9,118 bases of DNA from a virus (IMGVR_UViG_3300012155_000040); one strand, 5' to 3'; numbered from the stretch's first letter, positions 1-6,551 are shown. Notes: a model not told the origin generated them from the sequence alone. Program-made: numbers and translations.

Positions 1-305
1 GTATACATGGCATTATCCGAAATGCTCCACTCCCTGCAGACAACCCGGACAGTCCTGTTGTATTTTGGCGGACGCCACAAAAAAGCACGTATCCCGGCAT
101 GACGGGATAAAAAACTGTCCAGCGCAGCACGGGAATATTCATCTGTGACACGAAACACCGGTTTAAACGTTTTCAGATCCGCATTCAGACCACCAGCCCG
201 TCGCTGTTCATATCCGTCACCAAACTTTACCGTAATAACTGATGGCTTTCGTGTCGTCTCCATCCCCTCACGGGGGATCCAGTTAAAAACTTCAGGCTCA
301 GGCAC
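1..305 (-). CDS. Minor tail protein, lambda gpM-like (partial; last ~10 codons lie beyond the window start)
   Basis: Manual minus-strand translation from 305 gives (V/M)PEPEVFNWIPREGMETTRKPSVITVKFGDGYEQRRAGGLNADLKTFKPVFRVTDEYSRAALDSFLSRHAGIRAFLWRPPKYNRTVRVVCREWSISDNAMY with no stop before position 1. The motifs FxW..P..GM, V(K/R)FGDGY, GLNA(D/N)LKT and FLW.PP match my recollection of lambda gpM. The gene follows the tape measure gene as in lambda (H then M). Start is uncertain: GTG at 305 has GGAGG 8 nt upstream; in-frame ATG at 320 and 263 are alternatives. It is absent from the ORF track because its stop is outside the window. Confidence 0.8.
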   Translation of the reverse strand, partial: MPEPEVFNWIPREGMETTRKPSVITVKFGDGYEQRRAGGLNADLKTFKPVFRVTDEYSRAALDSFLSRHAGIRAFLWRPPKYNRTVRVVCREWSISDNAMY

Positions 306-3300
306 TGTACAATCCTCCATCCCGACGCGATGACTGCATAATTGACACAACCCTGCTGTCGATCAGATCCACCAGTCCCCTGGCTGAGCGCGCATCTGTC
401 TCGCCATTGCTCCCTTGATTCTGAATGCTGATGTGATACACGGGAGAATAAACAAATCCACCGCCACCATTCACATTGCCAATGGCTCTGACTCCAAGAG
501 AGCCGTCCGCTGCCCGTGTCAGTGGCATGATGGCTTCAGGCCCGGCCTCGCCCATCAGCCCGGCACCTTTCGTAAAAGCAAAATACGTCGGTGTATCCAC
601 AATAGTGTTACTGTAAGCACTCAGATTTGCCGATGTGTAAACACCACCTTTTGCGTTTGCCACCGCCCCCGAAATCCATCCGCCGACCGTACCAAGCCAC
701 CCTCCGGCACCGGAGAGTGACTTCAGTCCGTTAACAATGGCCGCATTCATCAGAATTTTTGAAACTTCCCGGAGAACTGAGCTACCCCAGTTCCTCCAGT
801 CCACAACATTTCCGGCCAGTGCATCGGAAATATTTGATACCAGCCCGTCCATCGTGGAAACGACAGCATCTGCCGCCTGTGAAGCATAATCGGTGGCACT
901 GTCTGCCCAGTTGGTCAGTCCCTCCTGGAGTCCGGCATTCCAGTTATTACGTAAAGCATCGGCCTTTGCATAATAATCCTGCTGATCGCTGAGACGCTCT
1001 TCCAGATATTTTTTATTCAGTTCTTTCTCCTGTTTCCACAGGGCTTCTTCAATTTCTCCGGCCTGATACTGTCTCAGCAGCTCGTTATTTTTCTGCTCAA
1101 ACGTCTGCCGGATACTCCACATTTCCTGGAGTCGTTCACGCATCCGTGAGCCTTCACCATATCCCAGCAACTGCGCGTCGTCAGATGCCCGGGCACTGGC
1201 ATTACTGTCCGCCAGACTGCTTTCATACGCGGCAAGCTGCTCACGAATCTTTTTCTGGTCGATGAGTGCCGCATTCTGTAAAAGCGTTTTTTTCTGCGCT
1301 TCTGAAAGGGTTGATAATTCGCCCTGACTGACCTGATATTTCATCTTAGCCAGTTCAGTATTCTGCCCTGCCAGTGCTATCTGCTCTTTCTGCTGTTTAA
1401 TCAGCCGTTTATAAATATCTTCTGTTTTTTCCGCTTCGGTCTTTTTATGCGCTTTGGGTTTATTTGCCTGGTTATTTCGCCAGGCATCCAGTGAGTTATT
1501 GATATAATTCTGTCTGGCTGTCTGATACGCCTCTCCCACAAAGCCGAGATCATCCGCAGCATAACCCAGGCGGGCACGCTCACGGGCTTCCCCCTTCAGG
1601 CGGGACAGAGCCAGTTCGCGCTCGCTGTTATTCAGTGCAGTCTGCTGTTTATCATCCAGGGTTGCCTGTGGTAGCCGTAACGGTACATTCACCAGCCCCT
1701 GTCGCTGCTGAAGTAATTCATTACCGAGCCCGAGAAGGCGATTAAACTCGGTATGCTGCCCATTCATGATCAACAGGGACTGATACGCTTTGTTTTGTTC
1801 CGCGGCCTGTTGACGGATCAACGCCACCCGTCGTTCCTCCAGCCCGGCAAGCACATCCTGAATGGATTGCGCTTTGCCCTGCATTTGAGTGAGGCGAGAC
1901 TGTTCAACTGCCAGTTGATTTGTTGCTTCGGCAAGCCCTTCTGTGACAGTTTTTACCGACGTCATGTGGTTAATCATAAAACCGTTATCGGTTGTCCAGC
2001 CCGGGTTTGCCAGCACGTACTGATAGCCAGCAATTTTTTCCTGTAAGGATTTAATCTTACTTTTCTGCTCGTCAATTAACCTGTTTTGCTCATCAAGTGC
2101 CTGCCGCGTCTTTTCCTCATTATCTGACGCTTCAGGAAGCGACATTGCCGACGTTTTCTGGCGAATTTCGTCGATTGTTGCGGCATACTGGCGTGCAGAT
2201 TCTCTGGCCTGCTCCTGATTCTGATACATCGTGTACCAGGCCGTCGCCCCCAGCATGACGAGTCCCGGCACACCACCAACCAACCCCAGCGCACCACTTA
2301 ACAGACGACTCCCCACTGACGTGACAGTATTCAGCGTTGTCTGTGCCGCTGTTCTGGCCGCAATATTACGGGTAAGTGACGCCTGGGCAGCAGCCAGTTT
2401 CGCTTCTGCGGCTGCCTGCCTTTCGGTACCGCGAGCAGCAACAACCGCTTGTTGCGCACGATAAACCGCCGCACGCGCCCTGGCTGTTGCTATCTGTGTC
2501 CCCCGGAGCTGCGCTTCCGCAAGAGCCACTTCGTTTCTGGCTGCAGTAATTAATCCGGCAGTTGCAGATCCAGCAGAAGACGCCATATTGCCAAAATATC
2601 GGGCTACCCCGACGGCAACCAGAGCACCGGCAGCGGTTGCCACAGTGTCAATATTGCCTGCAATACCATTCAGCACACCGGAGAGCGTCTTCGTCACTCC
2701 GCTTGCCTCGTTCGCACCACCAACCCAGGCCATAAAGGCGTTTTCAACTTTGGTTGCAGAGGATGAAACCGTATCAGGCATTGCCGCATATTCATCACGT
2801 AATGCCCCAAGCTGACTAATCAGTGCAGGAACAACCTTATCGGCGGTCAGTTTTCCGTTATCCGCCATGGCCTTCAGATCCTTACGGGCAACCCCCATTC
2901 CCGCAGCCAGCGCACGAATAACACGATCGCCGTTCTCATTCACCGAGTTAAACTCTTCACCGCGCAGCACTCCCTGCGCCAGTGCCTGACTGAACTGCGT
3001 GATCACCGAACTGGCTTCTGCTTTACTGGCACCGGATAATTTCAGGCCCGTGGAGATCGCCTCGGTGACTTTCAGTACCTCCTCAGAACTGTAACCATAC
3101 TCCCGCATGGAAGCTGCAGAACGGGCAAAAAGGCTGGCGTTATCAGAAAACGCCGTCCCCGTTCTCTGGCTGATCGCCATTAATTCACGTTGTGATACCT
3201 GAAAATCATCACTGGACTGTGAGGCCTGCTTCAGACGGGCATTTACTGAATTCCACTCATCGGCGAGAGAAATAAGATGACCGGTAGCAAAAGCCCCGGC

Positions 3301-3531
3301 AAATGCCCCCGCCATATTCAGTGCCGAAGATTTAGCTGTATTTATCTGATCCGTCACTTCTGCCAGTGCACGCCGCATTTCACGGGAGGCAGCAGCAGAC
3401 TGTTGGCCTCCGTTCTGCATGGTGCGGTAGTAATCCTGCCCCATACGCGAAGCCCGGGAGATCTCTGACTGGAATGACCGGGAGTTTGCCGAGATTTTAA
3501 TAATCAGTTCACGTAATGTCGCCACACTCAT
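298..3531 (-). CDS. Tail tape measure protein, lambda gpH family (1077 aa)
   Basis: Very long ORF placed between the chaperone genes and the gpM-like gene. It has a central hydrophobic Gly/Ala-rich segment (LLSGALGLVGGVPGLVMLGATAWYTMY), long Ala/Gln/Arg/Glu-rich predicted coiled-coil stretches, and a C-terminus (FTKGAGLMGEAGPEAIMPL ... RRDGGLYSA) resembling the lambda gpH C-terminus (... MRDGGLFSGGGR, from memory). ATG at 3531 has GGAG only 1-2 nt upstream; GTG at 3525 (residue 3) has better SD spacing, so the true start may be 3525. Confidence 0.9.
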   Translation of the reverse strand: MSVATLRELIIKISANSRSFQSEISRASRMGQDYYRTMQNGGQQSAAASREMRRALAEVTDQINTAKSSALNMAGAFAGAFATGHLISLADEWNSVNARLKQASQSSDDFQVSQRELMAISQRTGTAFSDNASLFARSAASMREYGYSSEEVLKVTEAISTGLKLSGASKAEASSVITQFSQALAQGVLRGEEFNSVNENGDRVIRALAAGMGVARKDLKAMADNGKLTADKVVPALISQLGALRDEYAAMPDTVSSSATKVENAFMAWVGGANEASGVTKTLSGVLNGIAGNIDTVATAAGALVAVGVARYFGNMASSAGSATAGLITAARNEVALAEAQLRGTQIATARARAAVYRAQQAVVAARGTERQAAAEAKLAAAQASLTRNIAARTAAQTTLNTVTSVGSRLLSGALGLVGGVPGLVMLGATAWYTMYQNQEQARESARQYAATIDEIRQKTSAMSLPEASDNEEKTRQALDEQNRLIDEQKSKIKSLQEKIAGYQYVLANPGWTTDNGFMINHMTSVKTVTEGLAEATNQLAVEQSRLTQMQGKAQSIQDVLAGLEERRVALIRQQAAEQNKAYQSLLIMNGQHTEFNRLLGLGNELLQQRQGLVNVPLRLPQATLDDKQQTALNNSERELALSRLKGEARERARLGYAADDLGFVGEAYQTARQNYINNSLDAWRNNQANKPKAHKKTEAEKTEDIYKRLIKQQKEQIALAGQNTELAKMKYQVSQGELSTLSEAQKKTLLQNAALIDQKKIREQLAAYESSLADSNASARASDDAQLLGYGEGSRMRERLQEMWSIRQTFEQKNNELLRQYQAGEIEEALWKQEKELNKKYLEERLSDQQDYYAKADALRNNWNAGLQEGLTNWADSATDYASQAADAVVSTMDGLVSNISDALAGNVVDWRNWGSSVLREVSKILMNAAIVNGLKSLSGAGGWLGTVGGWISGAVANAKGGVYTSANLSAYSNTIVDTPTYFAFTKGAGLMGEAGPEAIMPLTRAADGSLGVRAIGNVNGGGGFVYSPVYHISIQNQGSNGETDARSARGLVDLIDSRVVSIMQSSRRDGGLYSA

Positions 3532-3541
3532 TCTCCGGACG

Positions 3542-3566
3542 AAAAAAAACCGCCGAAGCGGTTTTT
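3542..3566 (-). terminator. Intrinsic terminator downstream of the moron gene (looks bidirectional)
   Basis: Minus-strand transcript reads CCGC-UUCG-GCGG (GC stem with UUCG tetraloop, plus hairpin at 3550-3561) followed by eight U (plus A-run 3542-3549). On the plus strand the same hairpin is followed by TTTTT (3562-3566). It lies 8 nt after the moron stop (3574) and just upstream of the tape measure start (3531). Confidence 0.65.
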
Positions 3567-3573
3567 GTATTCT

Positions 3574-3915
3574 TTAAAGAAGTCCGGCCTTACGCCTTGC
3601 TTCCTGAAGATATTCATCATCCGTTTTTTGTGAAACGGAACTATCTGCATTGCAAATTAAATCACTACCGCAATGCTTACATTTAATAGCCTCTTCTTTG
3701 ATCAACTCCGCACAGTAAGGGCATTTCTTCATGCCATTGCTTACCATTTGTTGTTCATGTGCCTTCTCATCTCTTTGGATTACTAGCGAATGAACCAGAG
3801 CAACAATAAAGATCATCGCACCATATACCCACCATCCTAAAAATGAGCGACCTTTGCTTTTCGCAATAATAGCTGGAATTAGTCCCAAAACTATTGAAAT
3901 AAGTAAAAATTCCAT
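3574..3915 (-). CDS. Moron: small membrane protein with C-terminal zinc ribbon (two predicted TM helices plus CxxC-x10-CxxC); candidate superinfection-exclusion or defence protein
   Basis: ORF of about 113 aa from ATG 3915 (the track's 3918 start is a TTG one codon upstream). AAGGA lies 7 nt upstream of the ATG. Hydrophobic segments [16 protein letters not shown] and [22 protein letters not shown] are separated by KSKGRS. C-terminal motif is [24 protein letters not shown]. Hand-counted GC in sample 60-nt blocks is about 33-42% versus about 52% in flanking genes. Followed by a strong intrinsic terminator. Inserted between the G-T chaperone and tape measure genes. Confidence 0.65.
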   Translation of the reverse strand: MEFLLISIVLGLIPAIIAKSKGRSFLGWWVYGAMIFIVALVHSLVIQRDEKAHEQQMVSNGMKKCPYCAELIKEEAIKCKHCGSDLICNADSSVSQKTDDEYLQEARRKAGLL

Positions 3916-3934
3916 CAATGTTTCCTTACTTTCT

Positions 3935-3963
3935 CAATAAAATGGGAATAATAATCCAGTCAA
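3935..3963 (-). promoter_or_regulatory. Candidate sigma70-like promoter for the moron (weak -10)
   Basis: Minus-strand TTGACT (plus 3958-3963) followed after 16-17 nt by TTTATT/TTATTG (plus about 3935-3941), in the 57-nt AT-rich spacer between the G-T stop (3973) and the moron start. The -35 is a good match; the -10 is poor. Pattern inspection only. Confidence 0.2.
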
Positions 3964-3972
3964 GTGAAAAGA

Positions 3973-4661
3973 TCATCGAGCTGCAACAAATAATGCCTTC
4001 TCAATCTCAGCAAATGGATCTGAGGTGCCTTCTGTCTGCTCCTGATCCCACTGAAGAAGCGCATCATTCAGTGGCACTTTGACCCCCTGCGCACCGTAAA
4101 CAGCTGAAACAATCTGGGCAGCCCGGATATCAGCCCGTTCGTCCCCCAGCGGGCTGAACCTGTCAAATTCTGCCCACATCATGATTTCTGATGCGGACAT
4201 TTCCCGGCGTAACTCTGACAATGTGCGCCCCATCCTGAGTGCCAGCATCATCAGAAAACGCATCCCCGGAAGCGCTACTTTTTTTTAACCTCGCCGGCAT
4301 CACTGATCAGTTCCAGAGACTGCCGAAGAAGCCGCGCATGCACCGGGCCATACACGGCAATCACCTGTTCACGATCATCCTCTGAAAATACAGGTTGCAG
4401 TCCGGTATCACACAGAACATCAATGAACAGTTCAACATCTGCCTCCAGATTTCGGCGGGCGCGCTCCGCAACGGATAACGGTGTCTCATCATCTTTTGCT
4501 TTAACGATCTCCTGCCAGCGCAACCAGGCTTCTGCAGAAGGTTCCCGTAATACAACCGTTGCTCCTTCCCATTCAGGCACATCAACAGTTTTATGGCGAA
4601 ACCCCGACATCGTTGCCAGTGCCAGATTACGGATATCTTTAGTCATCACACCCATCCTCAT
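3973..4661 (-). CDS. Tail assembly chaperone G-T fusion made by programmed -1 ribosomal frameshift (lambda gpGT analogue)
   Basis: The upstream ORF (4275-4661) ends GTT AAA AAA AAG TAG. The heptamer A AAA AAG (minus strand, plus coords 4278-4284) sits immediately before the stop. A -1 slip reads AAA AAA GTA GCG CTT CCG GGG ATG CGT TTT ..., running without a stop into the 3973-4263 ORF (MRFLMMLALRMGR...). That ORF is in the -1 frame relative to G and has no convincing SD of its own. The position between major tail and tape measure genes matches the conserved G/GT arrangement. Confidence 0.8.
4275..4646 (-). CDS. Tail assembly chaperone (gpG analogue; zero-frame product)
   Basis: ORF directly downstream of the major tail gene, ending at the slippery site. 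Three in-frame ATGs (4661, 4655, 4646); the third has GAGGA about 8 nt upstream, while the first overlaps the major tail stop (TAATG) and could be translationally coupled. Acidic small protein, consistent with a chaperone. Confidence 0.75.
   Translation of the reverse strand: MTKDIRNLALATMSGFRHKTVDVPEWEGATVVLREPSAEAWLRWQEIVKAKDDETPLSVAERARRNLEADVELFIDVLCDTGLQPVFSEDDREQVIAVYGPVHARLLRQSLELISDAGEVKKK
4278..4284 (-). promoter_or_regulatory. Slippery heptamer A AAA AAG for -1 programmed frameshift
   Basis: Plus-strand cttttttt at 4278-4284 is AAAAAAG on the minus strand in X XXY YYZ register relative to the G reading frame, ending 0 nt before the G stop codon TAG (4275-4277). Confidence 0.75.
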
Positions 4662-5365
4662 TAACTGACGGTTACAGTGCAGGAAGTGGAGGTCACTTTG
4701 TTAACCGGGCTTGCTGAATCAGAAATCTCGCAGGTATATGCGCCCGCATCACCGGATACTGCCGATGCCTTACTGAACGTTGCCGCCGTCTGTCCGGCAA
4801 CAGGAGAACTACCTTTCTTCCAGACATAAGAATAAGGCGGCACACCACCGGCAGCCTCAACCACCATTTCGAGTTTCGCTCCGGCAGAAACCTGCAGCGT
4901 GCTGTTTAAATCGACCTTCACTTTCAGCGGCTCTGTCGCCAGCACAGGTTTACCTTTCAGGCGCAGGGAAAACGTTGCAGCCACAACACCATTGGTTCCT
5001 GCAGACCAGGTATGCTGACGCACCTCTGCCATAAAGGTAAATCCGTTTCCTGACGGAAAAATAACTTTAAAGCCATACGTGGTGTCATTGTCATAGGCAC
5101 TGCGCAACGCGTTCTGGGCAGCATTGAGGTAAAAGTTGCCTGACATGGAAATCTCTGACGCGGCACCAAGACCGTTAATATTTTCCTGCTCAACAGAACA
5201 CAGCGTGGTGACATCAATATCCTGCTTTTGTCCTGCGGTAAACTGCACCTCTTTGATTGTACAGCTCAGGCCAAGATAGCTGGCAGAATCCAGGGTTTCT
5301 GCTGTTACCGGTGCAGACGAAATCATAATTTTCGTCAGTTGCGAACGCTCAAAATTAGAGGACAT
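4661..5365 (-). CDS. Major tail (tube) protein with C-terminal Ig-like domain
   Basis: 234-aa ORF upstream of the chaperone pair, with AGGAG 6 nt before the ATG. The C-terminal ~85 residues (GGVPPYSYVWKKGSSPVAGQ...AGAYTCEISD...CTVTVS) have the Y-x-C pattern typical of Ig-like decoration domains on siphophage tail tubes. Confidence 0.8.
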   Translation of the reverse strand: MSSNFERSQLTKIMISSAPVTAETLDSASYLGLSCTIKEVQFTAGQKQDIDVTTLCSVEQENINGLGAASEISMSGNFYLNAAQNALRSAYDNDTTYGFKVIFPSGNGFTFMAEVRQHTWSAGTNGVVAATFSLRLKGKPVLATEPLKVKVDLNSTLQVSAGAKLEMVVEAAGGVPPYSYVWKKGSSPVAGQTAATFSKASAVSGDAGAYTCEISDSASPVNKVTSTSCTVTVS

Positions 5366-5382
5366 ACTCGTCTCCTGAAAAT

Positions 5383-5404
5383 AAAAAAACCCGCCAGCGG
5401 CGGG
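5383..5404 (-). terminator. Intrinsic terminator-like hairpin plus U-tract between the tail terminator gene and the major tail gene
   Basis: Minus-strand transcript CCCGCC-GCU-GGCGGG (6-bp GC stem, plus 5390-5404) followed directly by UUUUUUUAUUUU (plus A-run 5383-5389), then the SD AGGAG and the major tail ATG at 5365. Confidence 0.5.
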
Positions 5405-5425
5405 TGGGTAAAATCATTAACGACC

Positions 5426-5770
5426 TCAGGCTATTACCTGAAATTCAAGCGTGGCTCTGCTCAGACGGGAATCAGGATCATAACCCTGCGTTTTAGAAAT
5501 AACGGAGGGTGCAAGTTGCCTTACCGCATCAAGCGCCTGCTCACGGATATCATCTGCGTCATCAGGTACTGTTGCCCAGACATCGATCTGCACGGTAATT
5601 CTGGATTCAGCCTGACCATCAAGCACATCAGACGCCGTGTCAGACACCACAGAAAACACCAGCCACGGCGGAGATACCGCAGGCTTTCCCTCCGTCAGCG
5701 GGACCACATAAGGATAAACCTGTCCTCCGGCCAGTTGAGACAGCAGGGAATACAGTGTGGCTTCCCTCAT
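5426..5770 (-). CDS. Tail terminator / tail completion protein (lambda gpU-position analogue)
   Basis: 114-aa ORF whose ATG overlaps the upstream stop by 4 nt (ATGA at 5767-5770), immediately upstream of the major tail gene. Size and position fit the tail terminator slot. Family assignment is from synteny and general resemblance only. Confidence 0.6.
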   Translation of the reverse strand: MREATLYSLLSQLAGGQVYPYVVPLTEGKPAVSPPWLVFSVVSDTASDVLDGQAESRITVQIDVWATVPDDADDIREQALDAVRQLAPSVISKTQGYDPDSRLSRATLEFQVIA

Positions 5771-6213
5771 TTACTTAAGACCTCATCAATAGCCTGATTC
5801 ATTCGCTGTATGGCAACCTGCGCCGCCAGCTCCTCTGTCGTATCGAAAGCCGGGCGAATGAACGGATGCGCGGGCATGTTTATCGTTCCCAGCTCCACAA
5901 AGCGCCAGTAAAACGCATTTCGGGGATCGCTGGCTTTCATGCTGTTATCACTGTTTCCGGTTCGCAGGTTCCGTCCGCGAATGTGGACACCCGAGATAAT
6001 TTCCCCCCGACGTTTTGAACGCTGCGTGAGAACAACCACATTTTTCTTCAGTTTCCCGGTTCGCTCCGGCGCACGTTCAACAACTGCATCCCGCATAACT
6101 TCAGCACCGGCACGGGTGGCATCGCGCAGAACCTTATTGTTTTCTGCCCTGCTGAGCATCTCCAGATCCCGTGCAATATCCGCCAGGCCGGAAAAATCAA
6201 GACTGAAATCCAT
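5767..6213 (-). CDS. HK97 gp10-family protein (tail completion / neck component)
   Basis: ORF with ATG at 6213-6211 sharing one nucleotide with the upstream stop (TGATG). The track's 6216 start is a GTG one codon upstream. Contains the PAHPFIRPA motif I associate with the HK97 gp10-like family. Position after the head-closure gene is canonical. Confidence 0.7.
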   Translation of the reverse strand: MDFSLDFSGLADIARDLEMLSRAENNKVLRDATRAGAEVMRDAVVERAPERTGKLKKNVVVLTQRSKRRGEIISGVHIRGRNLRTGNSDNSMKASDPRNAFYWRFVELGTINMPAHPFIRPAFDTTEELAAQVAIQRMNQAIDEVLSK

Positions 6214-6551
6214 CACACATTCCCCTTCAGGCTGCAGAGTATTTCAAGCCGGGTGGCGCGTGCATCCGGTATTGGTGGACCTTCTATACCCAGAATGGCC
6301 CCTTTAAATGCACCGGTCAGCACTTTCAGACGTGAAGTCGCTACCACATCGCGCCGAAATCGCATCCAGACTCTGACCGTAGCCTGAGCGGTTTCTGCTC
6401 CGCCTGAGATTCTCTCCCTCCCGCTGATACCCTTAACTTCTGCCCATGCGGTAGCTCCCTCCGTCACCGTCTCCACCGGATGTCCTGACGGAGAACGGAC
6501 GGTGGTGACATTCAGAATAATTACGCGATCACGTAATCTGCCCGCCTGCAT
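6213..6551 (-). CDS. Head closure / head-tail joining protein (Phage_H_T_join-like stopper)
   Basis: 112 aa beginning MQAGRLRDRVIILNV... with later WAEV, RVWMRFRRDV and a C-terminal RLEILC pattern, matching the general profile of head-tail joining proteins. AGGAGGAGG SD precedes the start. Synteny after the connector gene. Confidence 0.7.
   Translation of the reverse strand: MQAGRLRDRVIILNVTTVRSPSGHPVETVTEGATAWAEVKGISGRERISGGAETAQATVRVWMRFRRDVVATSRLKVLTGAFKGAILGIEGPPIPDARATRLEILCSLKGNV

Noticed and set aside
1074-2297. Short minus-strand ORFs 1074-1274, 1401-1583 and 2076-2297
   Set aside because: They are alternative frames nested inside the 1077-aa tape measure ORF, with Arg-rich low-complexity translations; the long frame explains the region.
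145-2815. Plus-strand ORFs at 145-333, 415-720, 759-992, 1753-2046, 2231-2464 and 2588-2815
   Set aside because: All lie antisense within the gpM-like and tape measure genes. Their translations are Pro/Arg/Ser/Cys-rich, which is antisense-frame composition. No independent evidence of coding.
3542-3566. Considered whether the palindrome before the tape measure gene might be an attachment site or recombination core marking the moron insertion
   Set aside because: The element has the full hairpin-plus-U-tract form of an intrinsic terminator, and I could not identify a matching direct repeat at the other moron boundary (about 3960-3975) by eye. A terminator explains it without invoking site-specific recombination.
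3916-3918. TTG start for the moron as listed in the ORF track (MMEF...)
   Set aside because: The adjacent ATG at 3915 has a well-spaced AAGGA SD; the TTG would be only 4 nt from the SD, so the ATG is the more plausible initiator. The ORF track evidently accepts GTG/TTG starts (also seen at 6216 and 9105).
4361-5217. Minus-strand nested ORFs 4361-4585 and 4957-5217, and plus-strand ORFs 4423-4668 and 4780-5034
   Set aside because: They are out-of-frame overlaps within the chaperone and major tail genes. The main frames have SDs, synteny and recognisable protein features; these do not.
5228-5797. 189-aa plus-strand ORF spanning the tail terminator gene, the hairpin and the major tail gene start
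   Set aside because: It is antisense to three well-supported minus-strand genes. Its translation is Arg/Cys/His-rich low complexity (CCYRCRRNHNFRQLRTLKIRGH...), typical of a shadow frame opposite GC-rich coding sequence, and there is no SD or synteny support.
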